Part shown: positions 54,019 to 64,000 of the stretch, piece after piece
How positions within the stretch are numbered: the first letter of the stretch is position 1
Layout of the letters: each line of letters opens with the position of its first letter
DNA from: Deltaproteobacteria bacterium
GTDB lineage: Bacteria > Desulfobacterota_D > UBA1144 > Nemesobacterales > UBA2774
Length of the DNA stretch: 64,000 nt
Assembly (NCBI GenBank): GCA_029262275.1
Contig: JAJCZS010000032.1
Location: forward strand, 5,623 to 69,622
Direction: 5' to 3'
Notes under the pieces: model-generated
The model's database searches: none
Seen by the model: only the letters and a program-made list of their open reading frames with translations
What the model was told of the DNA's origin: nothing
Made by a program: the position numbers and the translations under genes

Positions 54019-54786
54019 ATGAGCGTTCTCGAATTTAAGATCTTAGCGGTTGTAGTTATTTTTCTAATCGGTGTTTCAAGCGGTCTCTCTCCGCTGAGGT
54101 TTGGTGTTTCAAAAGGGGAGCAGCTACTTTTTTCTATTGGTAATTCATTTGCCGGAGGAATATTTCTTGGAGCCGGGTTATTACACCTACTTCCTGATGG
54201 TATTGAACTCTTGAGCTCAGTTTCAGACTATCCTCTCGCGTTACTTCTAGCAGCCGCCAGTTTAGGGATCTTACTCTTCTTGGAAAAAGTGGTTTTTATT
54301 GAGAGAGAAGCCCGTGATTTAGAGAATATCGGCAAATCTGCTTTTGAGCCCTACTTATTAGCTTTAATCCTATCTATTCATTCCTTCATAGCAGGAGCTG
54401 CACTAGGAATAGAGAGAACTATCCTGGCCTCTACAGTACTATTTATAGCAATCATTGCTCATAAGGGAGGAGCTGCTTTTGCCTTGGGTATCAGCATGGT
54501 GAGAGCAGGGATAATAAAGCGAAGACATATAAAAGTAATTCTGCTTTTTAGCATCATGACCCCACTTGGAATATTCCTTGGGTCGGCCTTATCAAGGGGT
54601 TTTGGAAGCAGCACCGGACAAATGCTTGAAGGAGTCTTCGATTCCCTAGCTGCGGGAACTTTCATTTATGTAGCAGTACTCGACATAATAGAGGAAGAGT
54701 TCTCAATCCCTGGCAATGAACTATTAAAGTTCCTATCAATAATTGTAGGTCTTGGGCTTATGGCTATGCTCGCAATATGGACCTGA
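54019..54786 (+). CDS. ZIP family metal (zinc/iron) permease
   Basis: HSFIAGAALG and IIAHKGGAAFALG metal-binding helices; eight predicted transmembrane helices. Confidence 0.8.
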   Translation: MSVLEFKILAVVVIFLIGVSSGLSPLRFGVSKGEQLLFSIGNSFAGGIFLGAGLLHLLPDGIELLSSVSDYPLALLLAAASLGILLFLEKVVFIEREARDLENIGKSAFEPYLLALILSIHSFIAGAALGIERTILASTVLFIAIIAHKGGAAFALGISMVRAGIIKRRHIKVILLFSIMTPLGIFLGSALSRGFGSSTGQMLEGVFDSLAAGTFIYVAVLDIIEEEFSIPGNELLKFLSIIVGLGLMAMLAIWT

Positions 54787-55611
54787 TCAGATCTTAAGCT
54801 CAACAAAGAATGAAGTGATCCACACAGCTACAGCCAGGATTGCAAATGTAAGCACGACTACTCCAAGCTTTTTAGATAGAGAAACGTTTGGTTCTTTGTG
54901 TTTGGACATGTCCATTGGTTTAGTCGAGTCAGTTACAGCTGACATCATGCCGTGCTTTAGACCGCTTCCTACAAGCCAGGAGTTCATTGGATAGGCAGTT
55001 ATCATCCCAGCCATTGTAGCGATAGCAGATATCCCCCAGAACAAAAGCCCTTGTGGGTCACCACCGCCTGGAATTAGACCTCTCATAATAGCCATTACCG
55101 GGATCATTCCTACCATAACCATGTTCATAGATACGGTCTCAGAAAAAATAGTCTTTTTTACTGCTTGAAAGTAGCTGCCACCCATCGAGGACTTCATAAA
55201 TAGAGCTTGGAATATCAATAGCCCCATAATGTATGCAGTTATGTATTCAAATATAAGATCAAGACCATTAGGCAGTCCAAGATGAAAAGTGACAATTGCG
55301 GCAAGGATAATTCCCGTGGCGTCTCCTGCAACACAGTGCATCATCGAGCCTACGGACTGTTTCCAATGCGCAGCTATAAAGTCGTCATGTGTGCCGGGCA
55401 GAGGTTGACGGCATGAAAGAAAAAATATCATAAGCCCTACGGGTCCTGTATAGAGAACAATCAATATCCAAGCAAGCTTCATTACCCACTGTGTTGGGGT
55501 ATTGGTTTGGAGATCATATATTAGAACTATTAGAGACAGCCCAGTCAGTATGAACCATAGAAGCAGTACTCCGCCAACAATCGAGTCAGGAATAAACATT
55601 ACATCCTCCAC
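54787..55611 (-). CDS. hypothetical polytopic membrane protein
   Basis: Seven or eight hydrophobic segments. No confident family call, though it may correspond to a DUF found near metal transporters. Confidence 0.5.
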   Translation of the reverse strand: MEDVMFIPDSIVGGVLLLWFILTGLSLIVLIYDLQTNTPTQWVMKLAWILIVLYTGPVGLMIFFLSCRQPLPGTHDDFIAAHWKQSVGSMMHCVAGDATGIILAAIVTFHLGLPNGLDLIFEYITAYIMGLLIFQALFMKSSMGGSYFQAVKKTIFSETVSMNMVMVGMIPVMAIMRGLIPGGGDPQGLLFWGISAIATMAGMITAYPMNSWLVGSGLKHGMMSAVTDSTKPMDMSKHKEPNVSLSKKLGVVVLTFAILAVAVWITSFFVELKI

Positions 55612-55695
55612 TTATTGATCTGTGTTATTATTGAATTATGGCATTTTCTCGAGGTATATGTCAATCTGTCTATTAGTTATATTGAATGAATTAGC

Positions 55696-57942
55696 TTGAG
55701 CGGACAACATATGACATTAAAAGAACACTTTAATGCTTTTAGGGTAGAGACCTCTCTAAAGTTAACCCTAGCTGGGATAATATGCATTTTAATAAATAAT
55801 TTTTTTCATTTTGATCTTGGATATCTTTCAACACTATTTGTGTTTTTGATATTGATAGTAGCTCATGGGGACACTTTCAGAGTAGGCGCCCAATCTCTTT
55901 TGGGGGTAATTATTAGCTGTGCCGTGACAATCACTTTTACATATCTATTTGTTGAATCTAAAGTCTTATATTTGCTGTTGGGGTGTGTTTGGATATTCAT
56001 CTGCATGACTTTTATCTTCAGATACTTTCTTCCTACCCTGGTTAGCGCTATTGCTGCTACTATAACAATTTACTCATCAGTATTCATTTCAGTTTCAGAT
56101 GCTACAGACACTATAGAGAGCTATGTGTTACAACTGTTTATTGCAGTTGTTGTTTGCTGGGTTATAGACGGCCTTGTCTGGCCCCACAAGACCCGGGGCT
56201 CTTTTCAATTCATATTAAAAACAGTTTATGAAGACTTCTCCGAACTATTTGGTAGTTATAGTAAGGAGAGCTTCGTTGATAGAAAAAGTCACCAAAACAT
56301 ATCAACTTCCCTATCTACCTTCAGCGACCTTACTACCCATATAAAGAGTATGCAGAGTGAAGAGCGTGGCTCAAATTTTCCAATAGACCTTTATATGAAA
56401 ATTATTGCTTTCAGCCGGGGAATATTTATAAAAACTGAAGTGCTGGAAGAGTTTGTATTAAAAGATCATTCTTTTCTTGAAGATAAAGAAGTCAAGCATA
56501 AGGTAAATCAAATTTTCTCTATTATTTCTGAAAGATTTTCCGCTCTATCTCAAGTAATTGGAACTAATGAAATTGTGGATGATGAGAATACTGAGCTTGA
56601 AGATTCAGTCTCTTCCCTCCATGAGTTATACAGGAAGATGCACGAGGTAGAGGGTATGGAAGACGAATATTATGAAGATTTACTATCCTTTGGCGCAATG
56701 CTACCTGTACTTGATGATATATCTTACAAGTTAAAAAGAATTGCTGATGCTATAAACATTTTTCATAGAAATGAATATGAGAAGATGTTTGAAAGTCGTA
56801 TTACCCATACAAATAAAGTTGAAGGAACGAAAGTAAGTTCATTCTTTAGTTTTAATAGAGAGACATCAATCGTAGGAATAAAGACTGTAGTGATTTTCAT
56901 GTTGTTAATTTTTGGTGAATTTGCTATAGGTCTCCCAGGGGGCGGGCAAATTGCATTTTATGCTGTTATGTTTGGAGTAATTCCTAATTTGGGACAACAG
57001 TATATGAAAAGCCGCTATGGAATTTTAGGTATATTCTCAGGATTGGCATTTGGTCTTCTTAGCTTCGTATTGGTTTCTCAAATTCAGCATTTTCTGATTT
57101 TCCTGTCTCTATACACTCTGGGGACTTTTATTGCCGCTTACATTGCAGGCAGTAGTAAGGATATCTCTTTTGCGGGACTCCAAGCGGGCCTCGTTATTCC
57201 CTACGGCATGTTATTTAATACCGGTCCTCAGGTTGATCTAGATACTGCCTTTACCAGATGCATGGCCTTATTGTCTGCTGTTTTTATTGCGGCCATAGTC
57301 CATGTTTTGCTCTGGCCAAGGAACCCCTTTGATCTCTTAAAACAAAAGATTTCAAAAGCAGTGGCTGTTTCAGGCCAGATTGTATCCAAGCTTCTCATTC
57401 TCGATGTTAAGGGAGAAGAAAAAATAGACAGACTGGTTCTTCCATTAGCGGAAACTCTACCGACAAGCACAACACTACTTCATGACGCAGAATACATAAT
57501 TAGTCAGGATGAACTTCATGCAGAACAATTTGTTCAAATTATAGAGTCAATAGAGAGGATGTATGTTGATTTAGAAACGTTAAAAAGAGGTATTTATCAA
57601 GACATTGATAGCGAGCTTTTTCATTTATATTTAGCTAATATGGAGCCTTATTATAAGAGGATCTTTGAGGTTTTTGAAGGCGTGTCTAATCAGTTCAATT
57701 CAGGAGTTGAGGTGGCTGAAGAAATATCATCCATAGTTGAGGGAATCCATAAGCATAGAATAGAATTTAGGGATTCCGGTGTTTGGCGTTCTTTTAAACC
57801 AGAGGATATTGAGCAATCAGTTTTAGTGGCTACAAGTATAGACAGCTTACTTGATACCTTGGGTCAAATATCTAAAATGATTGGTGAAATTAATCAAGGT
57901 AAAGTGGTTTCAGAGTCAATATTACAAACAAAAGAAGCATAG
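55696..57942 (+). CDS. FUSC/ArAE-like (AaeB-type) efflux permease
   Basis: 748 aa arranged as transmembrane cluster, cytoplasmic domain, second transmembrane cluster, then cytoplasmic domain, as in the fusaric-acid-resistance/aromatic-acid exporter family. Confidence 0.55.
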   Translation: MSGQHMTLKEHFNAFRVETSLKLTLAGIICILINNFFHFDLGYLSTLFVFLILIVAHGDTFRVGAQSLLGVIISCAVTITFTYLFVESKVLYLLLGCVWIFICMTFIFRYFLPTLVSAIAATITIYSSVFISVSDATDTIESYVLQLFIAVVVCWVIDGLVWPHKTRGSFQFILKTVYEDFSELFGSYSKESFVDRKSHQNISTSLSTFSDLTTHIKSMQSEERGSNFPIDLYMKIIAFSRGIFIKTEVLEEFVLKDHSFLEDKEVKHKVNQIFSIISERFSALSQVIGTNEIVDDENTELEDSVSSLHELYRKMHEVEGMEDEYYEDLLSFGAMLPVLDDISYKLKRIADAINIFHRNEYEKMFESRITHTNKVEGTKVSSFFSFNRETSIVGIKTVVIFMLLIFGEFAIGLPGGGQIAFYAVMFGVIPNLGQQYMKSRYGILGIFSGLAFGLLSFVLVSQIQHFLIFLSLYTLGTFIAAYIAGSSKDISFAGLQAGLVIPYGMLFNTGPQVDLDTAFTRCMALLSAVFIAAIVHVLLWPRNPFDLLKQKISKAVAVSGQIVSKLLILDVKGEEKIDRLVLPLAETLPTSTTLLHDAEYIISQDELHAEQFVQIIESIERMYVDLETLKRGIYQDIDSELFHLYLANMEPYYKRIFEVFEGVSNQFNSGVEVAEEISSIVEGIHKHRIEFRDSGVWRSFKPEDIEQSVLVATSIDSLLDTLGQISKMIGEINQGKVVSESILQTKEA

Positions 57943-58027
57943 AATTATCTGTACATTAGAATTCTGGTTCTATATAATGTCTATTAATTTTTAAAGAGGC
58001 GGCCTAAGTTAATATCCGAATGATCTT

Positions 58028-59293
58028 ATGAGTCTTTTTACTGTCTTTGCAATAGTAATCACACTAACAGCTGTATTTAGCTTCTTGAACGAGGTATATA
58101 TCAAGCTTCCCGGAACTATTGGGATAATGCTTGCTTCCCTTATTTCCTCTATTGTTTTTATAATCCTTGGCTTCATTGGGTTTGGCCACATAGAGTGGGC
58201 CACAGAACTTGTGATTGCCGCTGATTTTAATCACCTGTTTATGAATGGGATGCTTAGTTTTCTACTCTTTGCAGCAGCCTCAAGAGTAAATGTGAACAAG
58301 CTTAAGGAATTTGCATGGACAATATCATACTTGGCGACAGTTGGGATCGTCATATCTTCTCTATTCATAGGATTTTCAATGTACTGGCTCACGTCATCAT
58401 TAGGCGTCGATTTGCCGATTATCTATGCAATTCTCTTTGGTGCGATCATCTCTCCTATTGATGCAGTGGTGGTAATCAAAATTCTAAAGCGGGTTAACGC
58501 TGATAATACGATGGAGACTATCATTACTGGGGAATCACTCTTTAATGATGCTGCAGCAGTGGTGCTTTTTGTTCTTTTACTAGGAATAGCTTCCGGAACC
58601 ACTTCTATGACCGTTATTGGAATAGGCAAGTTCTTCTTATGGGAGGCGATTGGTGGTCTTGGTCTTGGTTTGGTCCTGGGTTATATAACGCATTTTATGA
58701 TTTTACAAATTATATATAGGGGCTCTGATAACCATATAGTAATCATATTGCTCACTTTAGCCCTTGTATCTGGTGGATACACGCTTGCTGAGCTCATTGG
58801 GGTGTCAGGTCCATTGACTAGCGTGGTCTCGGGTTTGTTTTTGGCAAAAAGCAGGCACGATGCCATTGGAACAAAACACGAACACAGCCACTATGTAAGT
58901 GATTTCTGGGAAGTAATAGATGAGGTGTTAAATGCTGTGCTGTTTGTTTTAATAGGACTCGAAGTACTGATTCTTAATTTTAAAGGGACATACTTTATTG
59001 GCTGCAGTTTAGTAATTCCAATTATTATTATTGCAAGATATATAAGCGTTGAATTCCCATTGATATTTTTAAGATTCTTTAGACGTATACCAAAAATAAA
59101 AGGGTTCATTATGACATGGAGTGGAATTAGAGGCGGGGTATCAATAGCTCTTGCATTGTCTCTTCCGGATGACTCTCCAAGAGATATAATACTAATTTTC
59201 ACTTACATTGTTGTTGTCTTTTCTATTCTGGTTCAAGGGCTTACACTAGCGCCTGCTGTTAAGTGGTATAAGAACCGGTCAGGTATAGAATAG
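58028..59293 (+). CDS. Na+/H+ antiporter (CPA1, NhaP-type)
   Basis: Polytopic protein with an FNDAAAVVLF motif typical of the CPA1 ion-translocation helix. Confidence 0.85.
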   Translation: MSLFTVFAIVITLTAVFSFLNEVYIKLPGTIGIMLASLISSIVFIILGFIGFGHIEWATELVIAADFNHLFMNGMLSFLLFAAASRVNVNKLKEFAWTISYLATVGIVISSLFIGFSMYWLTSSLGVDLPIIYAILFGAIISPIDAVVVIKILKRVNADNTMETIITGESLFNDAAAVVLFVLLLGIASGTTSMTVIGIGKFFLWEAIGGLGLGLVLGYITHFMILQIIYRGSDNHIVIILLTLALVSGGYTLAELIGVSGPLTSVVSGLFLAKSRHDAIGTKHEHSHYVSDFWEVIDEVLNAVLFVLIGLEVLILNFKGTYFIGCSLVIPIIIIARYISVEFPLIFLRFFRRIPKIKGFIMTWSGIRGGVSIALALSLPDDSPRDIILIFTYIVVVFSILVQGLTLAPAVKWYKNRSGIE

Positions 59294-59399
59294 ATTCACT
59301 ATTCTAATTGATAAGATGTTAGGTTATCTTAACTACTAAGTATTAAGTAATTCCAAAAATATCTAGGCGTTAGGTCTTGTTAAATAAAGGAGGGATAAA

Positions 59400-59795
59400 A
59401 TGTTACGCAAACTAAAGGTGTTCTTTGTATTGATTCTAGTAGTGTCCATAGTGGGGTGTGCAGCTATTCAGTCTAATAAAACCCAGGAGCAAGAGCAGCT
59501 GTTAAGTGCAGCTGGTTTTGCCATGGTTCCTGCTACAACTCAAGCAGAACGTGAAAACTTAAACACTCTTACACCACATAAGGTTCTATTTAGCGTAAAG
59601 GATAATAAGCCCCTTTACTGGTACGCAGATCCTACTGGTTGTAGTTGTGTCTATACAGGGGATCAGGCCGCATATCAGCGTTATGAAAAACTCTTAACAG
59701 AATCCCAAATAGCCAATGAGGTGGAAGATGCAGCGATAAGCAATGAAGCTTCCGGGGATATGTGGGGCTGGATGGGAAGTCCTTGGGGCTGGTAG
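59400..59795 (+). CDS. hypothetical lipoprotein
   Basis: GGAGGG RBS, signal peptide with lipobox (IVGC), Trp-rich C-terminus. Confidence 0.5.
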   Translation: MLRKLKVFFVLILVVSIVGCAAIQSNKTQEQEQLLSAAGFAMVPATTQAERENLNTLTPHKVLFSVKDNKPLYWYADPTGCSCVYTGDQAAYQRYEKLLTESQIANEVEDAAISNEASGDMWGWMGSPWGW

Positions 59796-59848
59796 TAAGC
59801 CCTATCTGGTGAATATGAGAAATCATCTGGCGGTTTCTGGGTAAGCTT

Positions 59849-60946
59849 ATGGGTAGCCTAAAATCAAAGATTAAAGACATTCAGTTCACACCTAAGTTTT
59901 GGATAGTTTCCATAATATCGCTGATTGTTTTATTGATTTTCTACTATGCTCTTTTGGACCGTTATACTCCATATACCGACGATGCATATATTCAAACATA
60001 TGTAGTGCAAGTTGCTCCTCAGGTAGAGGGTAGGGTCATAGGTGTTTTTGTAGAAAACAATCAGTTTGTTGAAGAAGGGCAAAAACTCTTTACCATCGAT
60101 CCTAGGCCATATGAATATACAGCTGAGGAGCTTAAAGCTACTCTGGTTCAAACCCAACAGGAAGTTGACCAGCTAAAAAGTGCGGTTGTATCTGCCGAAG
60201 AGGGTGTAAAACAAGCACAGGCTGACTTAGTTTATGCCAAGAGAAAATATAGCGACTTGGTTCCGCTTGCTGAGAAGAACTATATTGCCCAGCTTGAGCT
60301 TGATTCTGCGGTAGATCAACTAAAATCCCAAGAAGCCACTCTTGGTCAAGCTAAAGCAGATCTCGCTAGTGCAAGACAAGCTCTTGAATACACTATAGAC
60401 GGTGAGTTTGCAATAATAAAAGAAACCGAGTCTAGGCTTGCCTATGCTCAATATAATCTCTCTCAGACAACAGTTTATGCTCCCAGTAATGGATATGTAA
60501 CTAATCTTCAACTGGTAAGCGGAGCTTATGCCAATATTGGTGATGCTGTGCTTACTTTTGTAGATGACGAGTCATGGTGGGTAGTGGCTAACTTTAGAGA
60601 AAATAGTGTGGGTAGGATCAGAGAAGGACAGAATGCTGAGGTCTCCATATCTATGTATCCCGGTAGGATTTTCAAAGCTGAAGTAGAAAACGCAGACTGG
60701 GGTGTTAGCGCAGGGCAAGGTGTGCCTTCTGGTTACTTGCCTGAGGTTGAGAATCCTGAGAACTGGTTTAGTTTGTCTCAACGTTTTCCCGTTAGACTTA
60801 AGATTACTAACTTAGATGAGGAGAAGTATCCTCTTAGAGTTGGTGCTACTGTGAGTGTCGCAGTGTTTACGGATGGAGGATTTATTCTAAACGGTCTTGC
60901 CGGTCTTTGGCTACGTATAGGAAGTATTGTGGATTATGTTTACTGA
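59849..60946 (+). CDS. HlyD/EmrA-family periplasmic adaptor (membrane fusion protein)
   Basis: N-terminal transmembrane anchor, a long coiled-coil hairpin (QQEVDQLKSAV...LELDSAVDQLKSQEATLGQAKADL), then a beta-barrel region. Confidence 0.8.
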   Translation: MGSLKSKIKDIQFTPKFWIVSIISLIVLLIFYYALLDRYTPYTDDAYIQTYVVQVAPQVEGRVIGVFVENNQFVEEGQKLFTIDPRPYEYTAEELKATLVQTQQEVDQLKSAVVSAEEGVKQAQADLVYAKRKYSDLVPLAEKNYIAQLELDSAVDQLKSQEATLGQAKADLASARQALEYTIDGEFAIIKETESRLAYAQYNLSQTTVYAPSNGYVTNLQLVSGAYANIGDAVLTFVDDESWWVVANFRENSVGRIREGQNAEVSISMYPGRIFKAEVENADWGVSAGQGVPSGYLPEVENPENWFSLSQRFPVRLKITNLDEEKYPLRVGATVSVAVFTDGGFILNGLAGLWLRIGSIVDYVY

Positions 60947-60953
60947 TTTTACC

Positions 60954-61643
60954 TTAAAGATATTTAAAAATAGTCCATAGGATTTTATAACCAGCTTTGA
61001 TACTTCCGCCTACAGTTCCAGTAATTTTAGAAACCCCAATACGTTTGCGGTAACTAACCGGGACCTCTACGCACTTAAATTTCTCTTTAGCAGCTTTTAC
61101 CTGCATCTCCACAGTCCACCCGTAAGTCTTGTCAGTCATATTTAACTCTAAAAGCCTATCAAACTTAATTGCCCTAAAAGGTCCTAAATCTGTGAATTGA
61201 ATTCCATATAGAAGTCTAATTAAATTAACAGCCAGCCAATTGCCGAATATCTGTTGAGGAAGCAGAGCCCCTTCTGCAGCATTTCCCAAAGTCCTAGATC
61301 CTATTACCATATCCGCTTTATCTTCAATTATAGGCTCAACAAGTTCCCTTATCTCCTCGGGATAGTCTGAGTAGTCTCCATCTAGAAAAACAATAATATC
61401 TGGTCTCTCATTTTTCTCCTTTGCATATGAGATTCCCTTTAAGCAGGCATATCCATATCCCATTTGAGTTTCATCAAGAATGGTAGCGCCTGCTGATTCA
61501 GCATTTTGTTGTGTATTATCTGACGAGTTGTTGTTTACTACAACAACTTCGCATACAAGGTCCTTTGGTATGTCGTCTACAACTTTCCCTATAGACTCTT
61601 CCTCGTTATATGCAGGGATTATTACAAGAATTTTAGCAGCCAT
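60954..61643 (-). CDS. family 2 glycosyltransferase (polyprenol-phosphate sugar transferase-like)
   Basis: ILVIIPAYNEEESIGKVV and DGDYSD (DxD) motifs. Confidence 0.85.
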   Translation of the reverse strand: MAAKILVIIPAYNEEESIGKVVDDIPKDLVCEVVVVNNNSSDNTQQNAESAGATILDETQMGYGYACLKGISYAKEKNERPDIIVFLDGDYSDYPEEIRELVEPIIEDKADMVIGSRTLGNAAEGALLPQQIFGNWLAVNLIRLLYGIQFTDLGPFRAIKFDRLLELNMTDKTYGWTVEMQVKAAKEKFKCVEVPVSYRKRIGVSKITGTVGGSIKAGYKILWTIFKYL

Positions 61644-61697
61644 GAGGGGAATAATAATATATGTATATAGGGCTTCTGTATATTATCTTTAAAAGCC

Positions 61698-64000
61698 CTA
61701 ACTCTGTTTAGATATATATTCTCTCATAATTACAGGTGAGGCTTGTAGGCTGTCTATCTTAATAACCTCGCCGGTTTTCCTATCTACCTGACCAAACTGA
61801 AGCACCCCAGTTGGGCAAGACTGCACACAGGCGCTACAGCGTACACACTCGGGATCATTCATAGGAAGCCCTTTATTGGCAAAGTTCATAACATCTATTC
61901 CCTGATGGCAAACTGATGTGCAAACGTTACAGGAAATGCATTTCTTTTTATTAGGGATGATTCTAAAACGGCTGAATCTTGAATATATATGCATTAGCGC
62001 AGCCAGTGGGCACATAAATCTGCACCACACTCGTCCGCTATACCAGAAATAAAGACCATATCCTAGAATTCCGGCTAGTAGAAGATCTACAACCCATTTG
62101 TAATTGAACTGTATACCAAATGGTTTGAAATCATAAAGCAATCCTGCGTAAAATCCGTTTAGTGTCTGGCCTATAGCGGTATCCGGAACAGCCCAACTGA
62201 CGATTCTTGTTATGAAAATGACTGTCACAATTAGCAAAATGGCCTGGCCAATCATATTGACTCGGTTCCATTTAGATCCGTGCGGCATTTTGTGGCGGTA
62301 TGTGTCTCCAAGAGTCTCCGCCATAGCTCCACATGAGCATATCCATCCGCAGTAAGCACCCTTTCCCCAGTAGTAAATCATCACAGGGATAATGACAAAG
62401 GTTTGAATGAAACTAATAACTAACCATCCCCAAAGAGGCTCATTTGTGAACACGTTCCATATAAATAGCGGCCATGCCAGGATAAATCCAAATGCTCTCC
62501 AGTACTCCCGCCCATGTCCATAGTTGGCCTCAGGGAAAAGAGAGTTCGCAATAGTATTCATGACTCCTGTATCAAAGAATCCGTGACTACCCAAAATTGG
62601 CAAAACAAAATACGGTAGTAGAAAAAGGGGTATTATCTGAATTAGAGCAAGTGATGTTGTTTGCAGAGTGATATAGGGCGTTTTACGCCGTCTAACTCGT
62701 AGAATACCAAAAATTATTATTACAATTGTGTATAAGAGCGAGTAGTAGAACCCAGGTTCTTCCAAGGTAATTGACAATGTCTCAACTAGATTTGAGCTCC
62801 CTAAACTATCAAAGAAGGGGACTAGGTTGTAAGGGAACCAGTTGTTTGCCTGAAAGACTTTTGTTAGGGAGCCGCCTGCTTTCCAGTTGTAAACAAAGGT
62901 AAAAAATATCAGTGATATGATAAGTGCTATGAGTCCCGACATCCCAAGCTCGCCGCTTATTTTCACTTTGCTTCTACGGAAGAAATCAAGTGGCGCTTCA
63001 CGTCCAAGCATAGTGAATACAGCGTCGTTTGGGATAGTAAGCTCATTTCCATCTTTATCTGTAACTACTACCTCATGTTCCTCTACCTCTTTTACCTGAC
63101 TTTTCATAAGAAGATTTATTTTCCCTGGCATATGGTCACCAGGCATGAAATCTCCTGTACTGGTTGTGACACGCTCAGAGGATGGGGTTTCTATTGAGAC
63201 GTCCGCCATGGGGTCTGCCATGAGCATGTGCAGGAACTCTACGTTCTCAGGTTTGGGTCTTGAGAATTCTTCTTTTCTGTAAGAGTGCGTTACTGAGCCT
63301 CCGGCTTTTGCTATTGCTATAGAAGTTTCAAGAGCACTGTCACCCCCGCCTACGACAAGCACGTCTTTACCTTCAAAATCCGTAGGATCGTGGAGTCTAT
63401 TAAATACCTTGTCCCTATCTTCACCTGGAACACCCAGCTTCCTGAAATTTCCTGAACGGCCGATTCCTACTATTACGCGCCTGGCTTTTAAGCTCTCGCC
63501 CTTAGGGATGATAATGTCGAAATAATCGCCTTTCTTCTCGACCCTCTCGACTCTTGCCATAACTGGCTCTATTCCTTGTCCCAGAGTCTGAGCCTTTATT
63601 TCTTCCACTAGTGGTTCTTTTATCTCTTGTGTGAACTGTAGATCACCCAGGGGAACCATATCTGTAGGATAGGTATATATAGGTTTCCCTTTGGGGAAAT
63701 TTACGATTGTTGAGAAAGGCTCTGTTGCCTCTAAGATTTCAAAATGCAGATCGTCTCGTTTAGCCTCTAATGCTGCTGCCATACCCGAGACACCTGCTCC
63801 AATAATTACAAGATCGAGTATTTCTTCTGTCTTATCTTTTGCACGCTGACTAAGAAAATTTTTGTCCATACGTATGGACTCTACGGCTCTAGCGCCAGAG
63901 TCTGAAGAAAATTTTAGAAGAGGTATTCCCGTTAGGTCTCCTACAACGTACAGGCCCGGTATGTTGGTTGAATAATCGCTATTAACCTCAGGCAGCTTTT
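61698..64000 (-). CDS. multidomain membrane redox protein: FAD/NAD(P)-binding oxidoreductase, NapH/NosR-like CX3CP polytopic domain and 2x[4Fe-4S] ferredoxin; ORF continues past the window edge
   Basis: Dinucleotide folds IIGAGVSGMAAALEA and VLVVGGGDSALETS. Transmembrane region with CGWICSCG and CRFMCP motifs. C-terminal CISCNVCTSVC...CVRCSACVQSCP. Upstream of Met 63869 the same frame stays open to 64000 and encodes ...PGLYVVGDLTGIPLL..., the tail of another flavoprotein fold. Confidence 0.7.
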   Translation of the reverse strand, partial: KLPEVNSDYSTNIPGLYVVGDLTGIPLLKFSSDSGARAVESIRMDKNFLSQRAKDKTEEILDLVIIGAGVSGMAAALEAKRDDLHFEILEATEPFSTIVNFPKGKPIYTYPTDMVPLGDLQFTQEIKEPLVEEIKAQTLGQGIEPVMARVERVEKKGDYFDIIIPKGESLKARRVIVGIGRSGNFRKLGVPGEDRDKVFNRLHDPTDFEGKDVLVVGGGDSALETSIAIAKAGGSVTHSYRKEEFSRPKPENVEFLHMLMADPMADVSIETPSSERVTTSTGDFMPGDHMPGKINLLMKSQVKEVEEHEVVVTDKDGNELTIPNDAVFTMLGREAPLDFFRRSKVKISGELGMSGLIALIISLIFFTFVYNWKAGGSLTKVFQANNWFPYNLVPFFDSLGSSNLVETLSITLEEPGFYYSLLYTIVIIIFGILRVRRRKTPYITLQTTSLALIQIIPLFLLPYFVLPILGSHGFFDTGVMNTIANSLFPEANYGHGREYWRAFGFILAWPLFIWNVFTNEPLWGWLVISFIQTFVIIPVMIYYWGKGAYCGWICSCGAMAETLGDTYRHKMPHGSKWNRVNMIGQAILLIVTVIFITRIVSWAVPDTAIGQTLNGFYAGLLYDFKPFGIQFNYKWVVDLLLAGILGYGLYFWYSGRVWCRFMCPLAALMHIYSRFSRFRIIPNKKKCISCNVCTSVCHQGIDVMNFANKGLPMNDPECVRCSACVQSCPTGVLQFGQVDRKTGEVIKIDSLQASPVIMREYISKQS

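Overview
This is a compact, gene-dense bacterial chromosomal segment with moderate to low GC, possibly from an uncultivated marine lineage. About 65 protein genes, one intact tRNA-Ser and one tRNA fragment can be supported; there is no CRISPR array, transposase, integrase or obvious defence cassette. Most of the window is housekeeping: purA-hisZ-serA; a partial F1Fo ATP synthase operon (b', b, delta, alpha, gamma, beta, short epsilon) with no a/c subunit genes; ffh-rpsP-KH-rimM-trmD-rplS; rpsB-tsf-pyrH-frr; serS, carA, gatCA and a separate gatB; a split indolepyruvate:ferredoxin oxidoreductase pair; gshB, nfi, an Ogg2-type glycosylase, tatC and transporters. The accessory-looking content is: (i) two paralogous secreted repeat proteins ending in an identical IPTL-type C-terminal sorting signal, with no sortase in the window; (ii) a small islet around tRNA-Ser(UGA), where a diverged ~96-bp copy of the tRNA upstream region plus its 5' half lies 2 kb upstream and brackets IPTL-CTERM gene 2, with a Sec-signal RTX beta-roll mini-protein just downstream; (iii) a TrmD fused to a second SPOUT domain; (iv) a large membrane redox protein (flavoprotein + NapH/NosR-like CX3CP membrane domain + 2x[4Fe-4S]) whose reading frame stays open through the window edge; (v) a 569-aa orphan protein behind a palindromic operator-like site; (vi) a frameshifted secreted-protein gene; and a tandem 31-bp duplication that rewrites the C-terminus of a phosphatase. 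All calls come from reading the translations and DNA by eye; family assignments are motif-level and were not checked against any database.
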